Source: a virus
Lineage: Duplodnaviria > Caudoviricetes
IMG/VR virus record: IMGVR_UViG_3300021957_000053
Location: 1-52,317 of that record
Strand: one strand, 5' to 3'
DNA length: 52,317 bases
In this document: positions 10,784 to 20,206 of the stretch, one piece after another
Layout of the letters: every line of letters begins with the position of its first letter
Position numbering within the stretch: the stretch's first letter is position 1
The notes under the pieces: model-generated
Told to the model about the DNA's origin: nothing
Database searches by the model: none
What the model saw: only the letters and a program-made list of their open reading frames with translations
Made by a program: the position numbers and the translations under genes

Positions 10784-10925
10784 TCTCTTTAACTTTTTCT
10801 AGATTGGAGAAATAAGCTTTGTTAAAACCAAACTCCCAATCACGATTATCTTTAGTATTAGGACGGTAGGGATTCCCTAACCGTCCTTTTTTAAATGCGT
10901 CCATACCTTTTTGAAAAGCATTCAT
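10755..10925 (-). CDS. Small protein with a ribosome-modulation-factor-like pattern (not in ORF track)
   Basis: Manual translation MNAFQKGMDAFKKGRLGNPYRPNTKDNRDWEFGFNKAYFSNLEKVKENENKTRNRS; overlaps both neighbours; A-F-x-x-G-x-x-A...G...NPY...W-x-x-G-F spacing. Confidence 0.55.
   Translation of the reverse strand: MNAFQKGMDAFKKGRLGNPYRPNTKDNRDWEFGFNKAYFSNLEKVKENENKTRNRS
10860..10892 (+). terminator. Rho-independent terminator for the late (+) arm
   Basis: AGGACGGT-AGGG-ATT-CCCT-A-ACCGTCCT followed by a T run. Confidence 0.6.
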
Positions 10926-11155
10926 TTATGGATCTCCTTCATAGTCTCTAACATTTTACGTAAGTACCATTCTGCTTTTTCCATATCTTCAACAGGCTTA
11001 CTTTTGTAACCGTGTCGATGCTGATACTTAATTAAGTTTCCATGACAGTAACCTTTAAACTCCTCTGGTGTTAGTACTTGTTTAATGTAGTCTATGCACT
11101 CCACTCCCTCACCTAGCTTATAGTGAGAGGGGTTGTTGACCGGATCATAACTCAT
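10922..11155 (-). CDS. DUF3310 family protein (T7 gp1.7-like)
   Basis: DPVNNPSHY...ECIDYI...GNLIKYQHR...K..VEDMEKAEWYL signature. Confidence 0.85.
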   Translation of the reverse strand: MSYDPVNNPSHYKLGEGVECIDYIKQVLTPEEFKGYCHGNLIKYQHRHGYKSKPVEDMEKAEWYLRKMLETMKEIHK

Positions 11156-11607
11156 TTGATTTCCACTAGCTCCGCTTCTGTGTAGGGGATGTGATAGAAC
11201 GTTTCATGTTGAGGCATTCTATGGTTTGGGCCTGTAGGTTTTTGGATACAGGCGTCTGTCATTTGAGTGCCACTAATCTTCCATGCTTTATTATAACTTT
11301 TATTAAAGACAAAGAAGTTTAAGTTATCTAAGTTGTCTTTATACTTTTCTACTAATCTTCGTTTACGTGCAGGTATTCTAACCTCTGCCCAATGGGTAGG
11401 CCAATCACCATTCCATTGTGCCTTACGTTCAGCTTCATGATAATGTGTAACCCCATTCTTTTCTGACTTAACATCTGCATAGTAGTCTTCAGTAGAACTA
11501 AGGATCGTATGTCCTTCAGCTTCTAAGTATTTGATAAGTGCTTCTTTAGATGGTGCGTCAACTTTGTCATAAACTTTTTTTCTGAAAGGTCTTACATATA
11601 CATCCAT
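11152..11607 (-). CDS. Hypothetical protein, possible PD-(D/E)XK nuclease fold
   Basis: ADV...HEAERK motif; ATG 11607 follows an AAGGAG RBS (the track gives 11658). Confidence 0.55.
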   Translation of the reverse strand: MDVYVRPFRKKVYDKVDAPSKEALIKYLEAEGHTILSSTEDYYADVKSEKNGVTHYHEAERKAQWNGDWPTHWAEVRIPARKRRLVEKYKDNLDNLNFFVFNKSYNKAWKISGTQMTDACIQKPTGPNHRMPQHETFYHIPYTEAELVEIK

Positions 11608-11635
11608 GATGTACTCCTTTGTGGTGAGATTTGAA

Positions 11636-11824
11636 TTATATACTCTTTGGTATCTCAAAGCAATAGGTATTTGCAGTTGAATCCGGTGAAGGTTTAGTGC
11701 TCACTAACCTCTCTTCCATTGTTATCGCTACCTTCATACATGTGTTGTAATCAGGAAACAAAGAATGAAAAGCTTGCACTTTCATATTACCTTGAAAGGT
11801 CATAATGAGCACTAAAACATACAT
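11636..11824 (-). CDS. Small hypothetical protein with hydrophobic N-terminus and two Cys
   Basis: 62 aa, coupled to the upstream ORF (TAATG). Confidence 0.6.
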   Translation of the reverse strand: MYVLVLIMTFQGNMKVQAFHSLFPDYNTCMKVAITMEERLVSTKPSPDSTANTYCFEIPKSI

Positions 11825-11916
11825 TAGAACAGACCTGACAGAACATCCACTGTCATTGGGATTACAACTTCTGCTACTACTATTGTACCTACTAGGAATG
11901 TCATTACTTCAAACAT
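11824..11916 (-). CDS. 30-aa hydrophobic peptide (not in ORF track)
   Basis: MFEVMTFLVGTIVVAEVVIPMTVDVLSGLF; AAGGAG RBS; fills the gap after the RNR gene exactly. Confidence 0.55.
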   Translation of the reverse strand: MFEVMTFLVGTIVVAEVVIPMTVDVLSGLF

Positions 11917-11926
11917 ATTTTTCTCC

Positions 11927-13846
11927 TTATGTTATGTCTACCATTTCACACACATCACCTGTACAGGCCATTGTCTGCATTGATACTGTGTTGTCTTCTT
12001 TTTCGTACTCTGAAAGCCCTGACCAATCAATAGCTTTAGGCATAGTCAATAGTACATTGCTGTAAGTATCACTGTCAACCTCTTGATAAGGTGCTTGTTG
12101 ATAGGTATGTTCATTGTATGGTAGAAATGACACACCTGACATTTCATCAAAGTATTTATAAACAAAGGCACCTACTTCAAACCACTCATCTTTCTTAACG
12201 TTAATTGTAACACTTGGTTTATGCTCACACCATGATCTCTGGTAGGACAACCACATTTCTAGTTGCTCAATAGCAGTCATGTCTGATGTAACGACAGAAC
12301 CTTTAGGTGATTGAATAGGGAAACTGAACACTGTTGTTTGATCTGGCTTCATAACACAAGGCTCACTGGGGATACCTTGATCTTTCATAAACTGTGTCAA
12401 CGGATCTTTATTATCACCACGCACAGTACGGATATAATAGGGACTGTGGCGAGCATGTATGCCACTGGCACTATCCACCAGTTGTGAGACTGTTCCCGAT
12501 GGTTTGCAGCATGTAATTGCAGTAGCCACAGGTATACCAAGACGGTCAGCCCATTCAGCATTAGTAGAAACACAGATCCTACGAAGATGTTCAAGAGTAT
12601 CCTCCAGTCCTTTATTCTTCTTGGTCATAAGAGGATTGTCCATTATCCCTGTGAGTGACACACCAAGCAGTCGTTCTTCTTCTGTATTTCTAGACCACAC
12701 CTTTCGCAAGTAGGGGAACTTAGTGTATGTGGATTGGATAGTTCCCAGAATTGTTGCCAGACGGACTTTTCGTTCAAGATCGTCAACACTGTCTGTTGCA
12801 CGGACAACAACCTCTGTAAGATTACAGAACTGATATGGACGCAGGATGATTTCACTGCAAGGATTAGTTCCAAACTCAAAGTCTGCATTACGCCTACCAT
12901 TCTTAGCAGCCTGTACCTTACTTGCTTGACGATTAAATACACCACGTTCTCCACTCCCTGACTCCACCAATGCCATCCACTCTCGCATGAATGATACAGC
13001 ATCTGGTTTTTCTGTATAGCTAACACTGTTATTAGCTAAGGCACGTTGTGGATCGTTTTCCCACCATGCACCTGACTTAGCATGGCGCATACGATCATCA
13101 CTAAGGTTACTCAAAGAGATCATAGCTGATCTACGTACTCCACCTACAACTACTACCTCACCAATCTTACACATAATGTCATGACACTCAATGCTAGATA
13201 GCTTACGTCCTTGTGAAGATTTGAAGGTATTAATTACAAAGTTAAACAGATCTACCAAAGGTGCTGGGCCAGATGCTCTACCACCAAACGTCTTTAGTTT
13301 AGCACCAGCAGGTCGAACTTTAGATACATCCCACTTGGGAATCTCACCACTGTAAAGGAGTGCAATCAATTGTCGAAGACCCTTAGCCCAAGCTTCCTTG
13401 GAGTCACCCACGACAACAGTAGTCTCACTGTCGAACAACTCAGGAACTTCTGGAAGCTTGCTGATGAACTGCCTCTCAACACTGAACCCGACACCAGTAC
13501 CACACAAGAGGACGAACATAGCCTCATCGAAGGACTTAGGGTCATCTACGGGTAAGTAGCTACAGTTATACATACAAGTGTTGTCACGGTTAGCAGCAGG
13601 ACCAGCAGTCATCATTGCTCTCATAGAAGGCATAACCTCTAAACCAAGAATAGCTTGTTCTATTTGTTGTGCTATCTCCATGTTGTCTTCACTAGCACCA
13701 CTATCAACTATAGGCTCAACCACATTATTCATGTAACGCCCTACTGTTTCATCCCATGACTCTCTTCGCCCTTCCTCTTCAAGCCATCGGGCATAACGTG
13801 AAGTGTGAATGAATGCTTGATAATCTGTTGGTAGGTAGTTATTCAT
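11927..13846 (-). CDS. nrdJ: Class II (adenosylcobalamin-dependent) ribonucleotide reductase
   Basis: PSMRAM, YNCSY, GTGVGFS, GGVRRSA, TNPCSEI (thiyl Cys), KPSGTVS and C-terminal CTGDVC motifs; no beta subunit gene in the window. Confidence 0.92.
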   Translation of the reverse strand: MNNYLPTDYQAFIHTSRYARWLEEEGRRESWDETVGRYMNNVVEPIVDSGASEDNMEIAQQIEQAILGLEVMPSMRAMMTAGPAANRDNTCMYNCSYLPVDDPKSFDEAMFVLLCGTGVGFSVERQFISKLPEVPELFDSETTVVVGDSKEAWAKGLRQLIALLYSGEIPKWDVSKVRPAGAKLKTFGGRASGPAPLVDLFNFVINTFKSSQGRKLSSIECHDIMCKIGEVVVVGGVRRSAMISLSNLSDDRMRHAKSGAWWENDPQRALANNSVSYTEKPDAVSFMREWMALVESGSGERGVFNRQASKVQAAKNGRRNADFEFGTNPCSEIILRPYQFCNLTEVVVRATDSVDDLERKVRLATILGTIQSTYTKFPYLRKVWSRNTEEERLLGVSLTGIMDNPLMTKKNKGLEDTLEHLRRICVSTNAEWADRLGIPVATAITCCKPSGTVSQLVDSASGIHARHSPYYIRTVRGDNKDPLTQFMKDQGIPSEPCVMKPDQTTVFSFPIQSPKGSVVTSDMTAIEQLEMWLSYQRSWCEHKPSVTINVKKDEWFEVGAFVYKYFDEMSGVSFLPYNEHTYQQAPYQEVDSDTYSNVLLTMPKAIDWSGLSEYEKEDNTVSMQTMACTGDVCEMVDIT

Positions 13847-14238
13847 CTATTGTCTCCGCTTCCCTTTAATACACCACGTTGTTCTCTATCGTCTAACTTT
13901 GCCATGTTCATCTCCATAACCTTACGTAGGTTACCCCCGAAGATGTTTGCCAAGGCTACTGTATAGAATAGTACATCACCCAACTCTTTTAATATATCTT
14001 CATCGCTGAATCTATTCTTATCACGAAAGAGTTTCTTTATCTTCTCAGATACCTCACCCGCTTCACCAGAGAGGCCAAGAGTATTTTCTATTAGACGATC
14101 CCGCCCTTTAGTTAATATCTTGTCCTCTACAAACTGGCTATAGAAACGAACCGGATCTTCATTGTAGTCTGGACTATTCTGAAACATATCAAAATAGCCA
14201 AACGCTTCTAGATCACTCCGATTGATCATCCTTATCAC
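13843..14238 (-). CDS. mazG: MazG-like nucleotide pyrophosphohydrolase
   Basis: LGLSGEAGEVSEKIKK...ELGDVLFY...NMAKLDDREQRGVLKGSGDNR. Confidence 0.88.
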   Translation of the reverse strand: MIRMINRSDLEAFGYFDMFQNSPDYNEDPVRFYSQFVEDKILTKGRDRLIENTLGLSGEAGEVSEKIKKLFRDKNRFSDEDILKELGDVLFYTVALANIFGGNLRKVMEMNMAKLDDREQRGVLKGSGDNR

Positions 14239-14419
14239 CTTCCAATGACTGTTTCAATTCATTCGTTTTCATTTGTTGAATTGCATTTACACATTGGATC
14301 ATGTGATTCAAAAGATTTGAAGAGTTAGATCCAAGATTCAAAAGGTTTAGAATCTCTTTCTGCTCATCATTCATGTCTTCAAGTTCATATTCTTTATCGT
14401 CTAATGTTAGTTTAGTCAT
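14213..14419 (-). CDS. Hypothetical protein
   Basis: 68 aa, coupled to neighbours. Confidence 0.65.
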   Translation of the reverse strand: MTKLTLDDKEYELEDMNDEQKEILNLLNLGSNSSNLLNHMIQCVNAIQQMKTNELKQSLEGDKDDQSE

Positions 14420-14594
14420 CTGTTTTTACCTCGCAGTTTGTTACAGTTATATCGTCTAAGTCATACAGGATATCCTGTATTAGTTCTTGAATCACATTCA
14501 AATTATATCTTGGATCTGACTCAAAAAAATTTGCATCTGGTTCTACCTTTATGTTGACAGTAACCTCATATCGGAAACCCCTAGTTATACTCAT
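14412..14594 (-). CDS. Hypothetical acidic protein
   Basis: 60 aa ORF filling the operon gap. Confidence 0.55.
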   Translation of the reverse strand: MSITRGFRYEVTVNIKVEPDANFFESDPRYNLNVIQELIQDILYDLDDITVTNCEVKTDD

Positions 14595-14611
14595 CTAAAA
14601 CCCCATGTCAA
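14578..14611 (-). promoter_or_regulatory. Sigma70-like promoter, TATAACTA class
   Basis: Minus strand TTGACA-N16-TATAACTAGGG, upstream of the MazG/RNR block. Confidence 0.65.
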
Positions 14612-14841
14612 TCTTCGATTTCAATTTCTATCGGATTAATATTCTTTTGAAAGTATTTAACCATCTCATAAGCATCGTTAAAAGTGTCAAAGAAATACTC
14701 CATAGAATCAATCTTACCATCCACCTCAATCTTGCATAGGTTGTAATGTACATCATCAAGATCGGGGTGATCAAAAGGATAAGGACCAGAGATAACATCC
14801 CAAATCTTTATCGGCTTATCTTGTATATCACTGTTTGTCAT
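14608..14841 (-). CDS. Hypothetical protein
   Basis: 77 aa ORF within the operon. Confidence 0.65.
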   Translation of the reverse strand: MTNSDIQDKPIKIWDVISGPYPFDHPDLDDVHYNLCKIEVDGKIDSMEYFFDTFNDAYEMVKYFQKNINPIEIEIED

Positions 14842-15178
14842 TGTTACCCCTAAGCAATTGTATGTAATGATCTAGTTCTGTTACTACTAACCATTTTTGT
14901 CTATCACCTCTGTAGAAAACAACAGGTGGATTCTTTGTATGATTGTTAGCTTGTTGCATCCACCCATACACAGTTTTTAAACCTGACTTCCTACGTTTAA
15001 CTTCTATTGATATGGGTATTAACTTACGTGCTGCAGGTGATAGTTGTATGTCTGCACCAGTATCACCCATAACTGTAGACTTAATATCATCAGGCTCAAG
15101 CTCAGGGAAGGCTTCTAGTAAAGCATCCCTGATCTCTTGCTGACCCAGCCTACCTTTTTGTTTGGCTGTCTTACTCAA
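14828..15178 (-). CDS. Holliday junction resolvase-like PD-(D/E)XK endonuclease
   Basis: AKQKGR...GADIQLS...SIEVKRR...PVVFYRGDR. Confidence 0.8.
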   Translation of the reverse strand: MSKTAKQKGRLGQQEIRDALLEAFPELEPDDIKSTVMGDTGADIQLSPAARKLIPISIEVKRRKSGLKTVYGWMQQANNHTKNPPVVFYRGDRQKWLVVTELDHYIQLLRGNNDKQ

Positions 15179-16029
15179 TCTATTAACTCCGGTACTTTTG
15201 GTTTCTTAACAACATCAATCAAGTACTCCTTACGTCCACCAGAATATTGAAACACCCTAGCTTCAGGCCAGCATATCTTTCGATACTCACAACCTGAACA
15301 AGCAAACGTAAGCTTAGTGTTTTCAGATGTGTCTGACTGAGGTATAGGTGCTATCCGTTCCTCTGGTAAATCACCTGACACAACCTCTTTTACTTTCTTA
15401 ACCTCTTGTTCTTTGTTTTTTAGCTCATCAGTGAAGTCATAGGTATCTAACACTAACTCGAAGTTATCTTTCTGTACGACAAGAAAAGCACCACGTTTTT
15501 TATCTGTTACAAGTGGATCATCTTTACCTGCATATACATACGAACTTAACTGACTGATGTAACCGTATGGATCATCATCACGCAGCACATGATTCTTAAA
15601 CTTCTGCATCCCATATCGTGACGCAGACTTAACATCTATTGTCACACCATCAATGACTGCATCCCTGTGACCCTTGATGCCATGAACAGACAGACGATCC
15701 TGCTCACCCTGTACATCATGTCCTGCTGCCCTTGCTAATGCAAGGACAAGAGTCTCTAAAAGATCCCCGTAAAAGAAAAGACCGAGTAACTGAGGCTTTA
15801 ATGGTGCAGCTTCTTCTGTTTTATTTATTCTATACCAAGTCTTTCTTTTACAGGGCGAACCCACAGAGGATAAACTTAAATACCCTCTGGGCTTCTGAGG
15901 TTCCTTGAATCTAGCTTCCGCTGTTTGAGCTATATTAGTTGCTAGATATTCTGTAATCGTCTTATCCCACCCACCCTTTCCTTCAATTACAGAATAAATA
16001 TCTTCGACTAATGTATTTATATTAGGCAT
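15175..16029 (-). CDS. Cas4/RecB-like PD-(D/E)XK exonuclease
   Basis: CKRKTWY, GHRDAVIDGVTIDVKS, QLSSY and C-terminal CSGCEYRKIC (Fe-S-type Cys pattern). Confidence 0.85.
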   Translation of the reverse strand: MPNINTLVEDIYSVIEGKGGWDKTITEYLATNIAQTAEARFKEPQKPRGYLSLSSVGSPCKRKTWYRINKTEEAAPLKPQLLGLFFYGDLLETLVLALARAAGHDVQGEQDRLSVHGIKGHRDAVIDGVTIDVKSASRYGMQKFKNHVLRDDDPYGYISQLSSYVYAGKDDPLVTDKKRGAFLVVQKDNFELVLDTYDFTDELKNKEQEVKKVKEVVSGDLPEERIAPIPQSDTSENTKLTFACSGCEYRKICWPEARVFQYSGGRKEYLIDVVKKPKVPELID

Positions 16030-16039
16030 AACCTACTCC

Positions 16040-16582
16040 TTAAAATGGAATTTCTTCTGAGACAAGTTCAGCTTCATTTACTACAGCGGCTGGTGGTACA
16101 CTACCTGATGTGATGTCCTTAGTGAAAGGATCAGGTCCAGATATCCCTGATGTACCATCAAACTCTACATGCTTCATAACCTTAACACGCTCAAGTCTTG
16201 TAGTCACAGTGCTGTACTGTTTGTTTTTGTAGATGTCTAACTCTACCAGAACCTCTGAACCATTACCAATGGGGCCATCACTATCGAAGTTCCAAGCGGT
16301 GCCATCTGGCTTGTACACTGCAGGTGCTCCACCATCCCAGTCATTGGGGGTTTCAAACTTACGTGTAAACTTGAAGGCACGTCCTCGTCCTTCTGGATCA
16401 TCCTTACCAGAGGACATACACCCTGATGCCTTAACACGGTCAGTGTTATCTTGATCAAGAATCATCTCAATCGTACACCGTCCATTAGTATCTTGCCACT
16501 GCCCTTGATACCCATCAAGATCACGGTTTTCTTCAAATACTTTTGCCCACTGAGCAATACCTGTTACTGTTATTTTAGCCAT
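16040..16582 (-). CDS. Single-stranded DNA-binding protein (T7 gp2.5-like)
   Basis: GIAQWAKV, IGNGS motifs; acidic tail ending in EEIPF; located next to the polymerase. Confidence 0.75.
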   Translation of the reverse strand: MAKITVTGIAQWAKVFEENRDLDGYQGQWQDTNGRCTIEMILDQDNTDRVKASGCMSSGKDDPEGRGRAFKFTRKFETPNDWDGGAPAVYKPDGTAWNFDSDGPIGNGSEVLVELDIYKNKQYSTVTTRLERVKVMKHVEFDGTSGISGPDPFTKDITSGSVPPAAVVNEAELVSEEIPF

Positions 16583-16611
16583 TCGCTAACTCCTTTAAAG
16601 ACTAGAATTGA

Positions 16612-16641
16612 ATTGTAGCATGTATTAAAAAGAACATGCAA
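16612..16641 (-). promoter_or_regulatory. Sigma70-like promoter, TGCTAC class
   Basis: Minus strand TTGCAT-N18-TACAAT with an extended -10 TG, in the polA/SSB intergenic gap. Confidence 0.55.
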
Positions 16642-16648
16642 GAACTTT

Positions 16649-18478
16649 TTAGTGTATCTCGGAATATTTATTTCCGAACTGCACATCAATACCTAAATCA
16701 ACATTAAGATTTAACTCCTTATTTAGTTTATTAATAGCATTAACAAGCCTACGTTGGTGATGTTCTTCATGACCTTTCTTAACAAGATTAATTGATTCAT
16801 CGTGAAACTGACCTACGATATTAGGTCTTGCTATACGGTAGTAAGCTACCCACTTATCAAAACAGTAAGCACCTGTAGATTGGTTGAGTGTAGAGAATAC
16901 ATCCTTCTCATATCGAAGAGTATGCCAGAACTTACTGACAGGATTTTGTACCCACATCTGTCCATTGATAAGCTTCACTTTCTTTAGGTTGTCTGCAGCA
17001 AACTCTGCGACAGACCAGTTACGTTCCCAGTATGCATTCAAAAGCTTCTTAGCTTCTTGTTCTGTCATACCAGTTTCTCTTGATAGTTTTGCTGCGCCAA
17101 CCCCATAGGTGGCTGAGTAATTAACTACTTTGTAGTTCTTTCGTAATGACTTCAAGTTGATTTCACCTGAATTATGTTTATCTATATCAGTCTGTGTAAC
17201 TGCACCAGCATGTTTAGCTAAGTCTAGGTGTGGATCAAATCCATCCTTTGACATCTCCTCTACGTACTTAGGGTCGTATGGTTTCATATAGTGTCGCTTG
17301 GTTGTATCTTCAAGTGATGTCATATCAGCACCACATAACACATAACCTTCTGGTGCTATGAGGCAACCACGTATTTCTTTACCCCAAGGTTTATCTATAC
17401 CCGGAAGATTTACTAAAGGCTTTTTGTGTTTGAATCTTAGTGTATTAGTAAGACCTTCAATCTCTGCCTTAACATAACCATTAACTTCACACTCTAACAT
17501 AACTTTAAAAATGCCAAGCCTGTGCTGAATAACTGTAAGGCCATCAAGCACACTGACCGTAGGGTTGGCATCAATCAACAACTTAACTGAGTTAGTAAGC
17601 TCACCATTCTTTCGTACTTGTGGAATCTTACGATCCTCAACAAACTTAAATGTACAAGGCTTCCAACCTAGATCAAACAGCCATGCCTTTACCTGATCAC
17701 TGGACTTAGGGTTAGGCTCTTCAACTCCTTTCACTATTTCTATTTCACCGATATAGTCAGAGGGATGCATATGCTCTAGAAGTAAAGCGTTCCATTCAGC
17801 ACCCTGTTTAGATAGTGATCCATCTTTCTTATGCATTACTTTTGGCTTTGACTTCTTTCTAAGCAAGGTACGCATAGGCATTACTGTTTTTAATTCAGTA
17901 ATCTTTTTATCTTGTTCAGCTTTTAGTTTATCTAAACAATTTTTAGCAAGATCAACGTCAAGTTTCCACCCACTCTCTTCTGCAGCATAAGCACATTTCA
18001 TTTTAAATGTAAGATACTGTAAGAATCTATCAAGGTTAGACTTGTCTTTGTAAACCATCATAAATCTTTGGATAAGATTTTCCCAAAGTCTTTTAGTTAT
18101 CTTAACATCTTCTTGACATCTATGTATGTACTCTTCTTGAGATAGGTTTACCCAATCAGTTATTTCTGGTTTGGGTACACCAAAGTCTTCGCCAAAAGAT
18201 TCAAGCCCATGCTTAGGTCTATCAGTATTAATTACCCATGACATAGGTAATGTATCATACAACTTAGCTTTAATCTTAATACCTAAGATCTTTTCTAATA
18301 ATGGTACATCATAACGTACAATGTTGTGACCTATCAAAACCTTTTGATTAAGCAGTATGTTTCTCATTGCATCATAGTCACTGGTAGAACCCATAGGGAT
18401 TCCACCTGTAGTGAACGACATGCAGTGTATTTTGGTGGCATCATCTAAGAGGCCATCAGCTTCTACATCAAATATCAT
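16649..18478 (-). CDS. polA: Family A DNA polymerase with 3'-5' exonuclease
   Basis: ExoI FDVEADG, GHNIVRYD, CQEDV; motif A GADMTSLE; motif B RKNYKVVNYSATYG; motif C QFHDE. Confidence 0.93.
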   Translation of the reverse strand: MIFDVEADGLLDDATKIHCMSFTTGGIPMGSTSDYDAMRNILLNQKVLIGHNIVRYDVPLLEKILGIKIKAKLYDTLPMSWVINTDRPKHGLESFGEDFGVPKPEITDWVNLSQEEYIHRCQEDVKITKRLWENLIQRFMMVYKDKSNLDRFLQYLTFKMKCAYAAEESGWKLDVDLAKNCLDKLKAEQDKKITELKTVMPMRTLLRKKSKPKVMHKKDGSLSKQGAEWNALLLEHMHPSDYIGEIEIVKGVEEPNPKSSDQVKAWLFDLGWKPCTFKFVEDRKIPQVRKNGELTNSVKLLIDANPTVSVLDGLTVIQHRLGIFKVMLECEVNGYVKAEIEGLTNTLRFKHKKPLVNLPGIDKPWGKEIRGCLIAPEGYVLCGADMTSLEDTTKRHYMKPYDPKYVEEMSKDGFDPHLDLAKHAGAVTQTDIDKHNSGEINLKSLRKNYKVVNYSATYGVGAAKLSRETGMTEQEAKKLLNAYWERNWSVAEFAADNLKKVKLINGQMWVQNPVSKFWHTLRYEKDVFSTLNQSTGAYCFDKWVAYYRIARPNIVGQFHDESINLVKKGHEEHHQRRLVNAINKLNKELNLNVDLGIDVQFGNKYSEIH

Positions 18479-20076
18479 TACGCCACCTGTGATTCTTGTG
18501 TAAACAAATCCTCTCTTAGTATGGTTGTTGTTGGATCGTAGTACACTGATCCAGCCCTACCTAACTTAGCAAAAGGTCTGTTCTTATCTACGATAAAGGT
18601 TGTTGTGTTCTGTTCTACTTCATCTTCACTTTCTGCTGTACGTTCTAGCTTGATGCATATGATCGCCTCTTCCTCAAGTGAAGCAGCATACTTGGTACGT
18701 CCATCATCATTGACCTGAGAGATAAAGATCACACCAATGTTTAACTCCTTAGCTAACTGAGCCATACGTGAGCCTAGTGTAGTCAGTGTACTGGTAGCAC
18801 CATCCACACCTGAGTTAGATAGGTAGGCTAGACGTTGTACATGGTCAATAAATATGTAGCCAGCACCATACACTGTAACAGCTAGACGTACATAGTCGAG
18901 CAACTTAAGTGGATCATCGTGTGACATCATCTCAAAGATAATTGTCTTCTCACCTTTGGTTGCAATCTTAGCAGCCTCAATGACGTTCTGCTCTGACACG
19001 TTGTTGTTGGCAGCATCCTCTTTAGTTCTGACGTTTACACCTAGATGATACGTAGCCATAGCACGGTAGGTGGTAGACTTCATCTCTTCCATGTGCAGCA
19101 TTGCTACTGATGTATCACCATTGTTGAGTAAGCCTGTCTCAAAGTATCTGATCACCTCAGTCTTACCAGTACCACGAGGGGCTTTGATGAATGTCAATCC
19201 ACCCTTAACCATACCACGAATCTTTTCATCCAAGCCAGTGTGACCTGTTGGTACGTACTCATATGGATTCTCATTCTTGATTGCTGCTTCTACATCAGCA
19301 TCAGAACAAAAGAAATTCTCTGGTGTGTAACGTTGTGGTGATCGTGCAGCCCACATAAGCTTCTCATGCTTACCTGTCTCAAGGAACTCATTAGCATCTT
19401 TACACTCTGTCATAGGCACATAGTAAAACTTTTCAGGGAATGCCTGATACAATTTATCAGCAGCCCTACGTCCAGCATCATCAAGCTCACCTGCATACAC
19501 AATCTCTTTGAATGATGATAAGTATTTTAAATTGTGCTTGATAAACTTCTCACCAATAGATGCAGAAGGTAAAGACTTTACAGGGAATGTCTTGCCAAGG
19601 ATCTGATACAAGCTGGCTGCATCGAACTCACCTTCTGTAAGATAGATACGTTTACCTGTACCAGCATTGAACTCAGGGCCAAACAGGTGGTTCATACCAA
19701 GACCACGATCTTTGACCCATGACTTTGATTTGTCATTACACATACGATATTTAATTGTATGCGGGTACTTGTATGCATACCGTACATCCTCACCATTCGG
19801 GCCAGTCTGTATTTGTATTCCATAAAGTTTGCATACATCAGTATCAATACCTCTGATGCCATCATACTTAACACCAGTGACTTGTATATTCTGTGGTTGG
19901 ATACGTTCTTTCAAGGGGTACTCCTGCTTAACCCAATCAAATGTGGTGGGCATGTTCTTCATTGGATATGCCCTACTGCATGAGTGACAGTGACCGTAGC
20001 CATCATCATTCCAATTGAATGCATCCGAAGAACTACAATCTTCATAGGGGCATGGTGAATGTGGATTATCTGACAT
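18478..20076 (-). CDS. T7 gp4-like primase-helicase
   Basis: N-terminal Zn finger (CPYEDC...CHSC), Toprim TEGEFDA and KDANE, Walker A APRGTGKT, FIDH, KNRPF. Confidence 0.92.
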   Translation of the reverse strand: MSDNPHSPCPYEDCSSSDAFNWNDDGYGHCHSCSRAYPMKNMPTTFDWVKQEYPLKERIQPQNIQVTGVKYDGIRGIDTDVCKLYGIQIQTGPNGEDVRYAYKYPHTIKYRMCNDKSKSWVKDRGLGMNHLFGPEFNAGTGKRIYLTEGEFDAASLYQILGKTFPVKSLPSASIGEKFIKHNLKYLSSFKEIVYAGELDDAGRRAADKLYQAFPEKFYYVPMTECKDANEFLETGKHEKLMWAARSPQRYTPENFFCSDADVEAAIKNENPYEYVPTGHTGLDEKIRGMVKGGLTFIKAPRGTGKTEVIRYFETGLLNNGDTSVAMLHMEEMKSTTYRAMATYHLGVNVRTKEDAANNNVSEQNVIEAAKIATKGEKTIIFEMMSHDDPLKLLDYVRLAVTVYGAGYIFIDHVQRLAYLSNSGVDGATSTLTTLGSRMAQLAKELNIGVIFISQVNDDGRTKYAASLEEEAIICIKLERTAESEDEVEQNTTTFIVDKNRPFAKLGRAGSVYYDPTTTILREDLFTQESQVA

Positions 20077-20206
20077 TTGTTTTTCCTTTAATAAAGGTTT
20101 TTAAACTTTTGAAACTGAAGTATAGCAGCCAAAGAGGGATGAATGCAATACTACCTACGACAACAGATAAGGAAATTATGTACGGTATGTACTCACTTGG
20201 TGACAA
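20066..20206 (-). CDS. Small single-TM protein (not in ORF track)
   Basis: TTG start after AGGA; MSPSEYIPYIISLSVVVGSIAFIPLWLLYFSFKSLKTFIKGKTNVR. Confidence 0.45.
   Translation of the reverse strand: MSPSEYIPYIISLSVVVGSIAFIPLWLLYFSFKSLKTFIKGKTNVR

Noticed and set aside
16649-18478. DnaJ-type zinc-finger insertion or intein in the polymerase
   Set aside because: There are no CxxCxGxG repeats or intein terminal motifs, and the length is compact.
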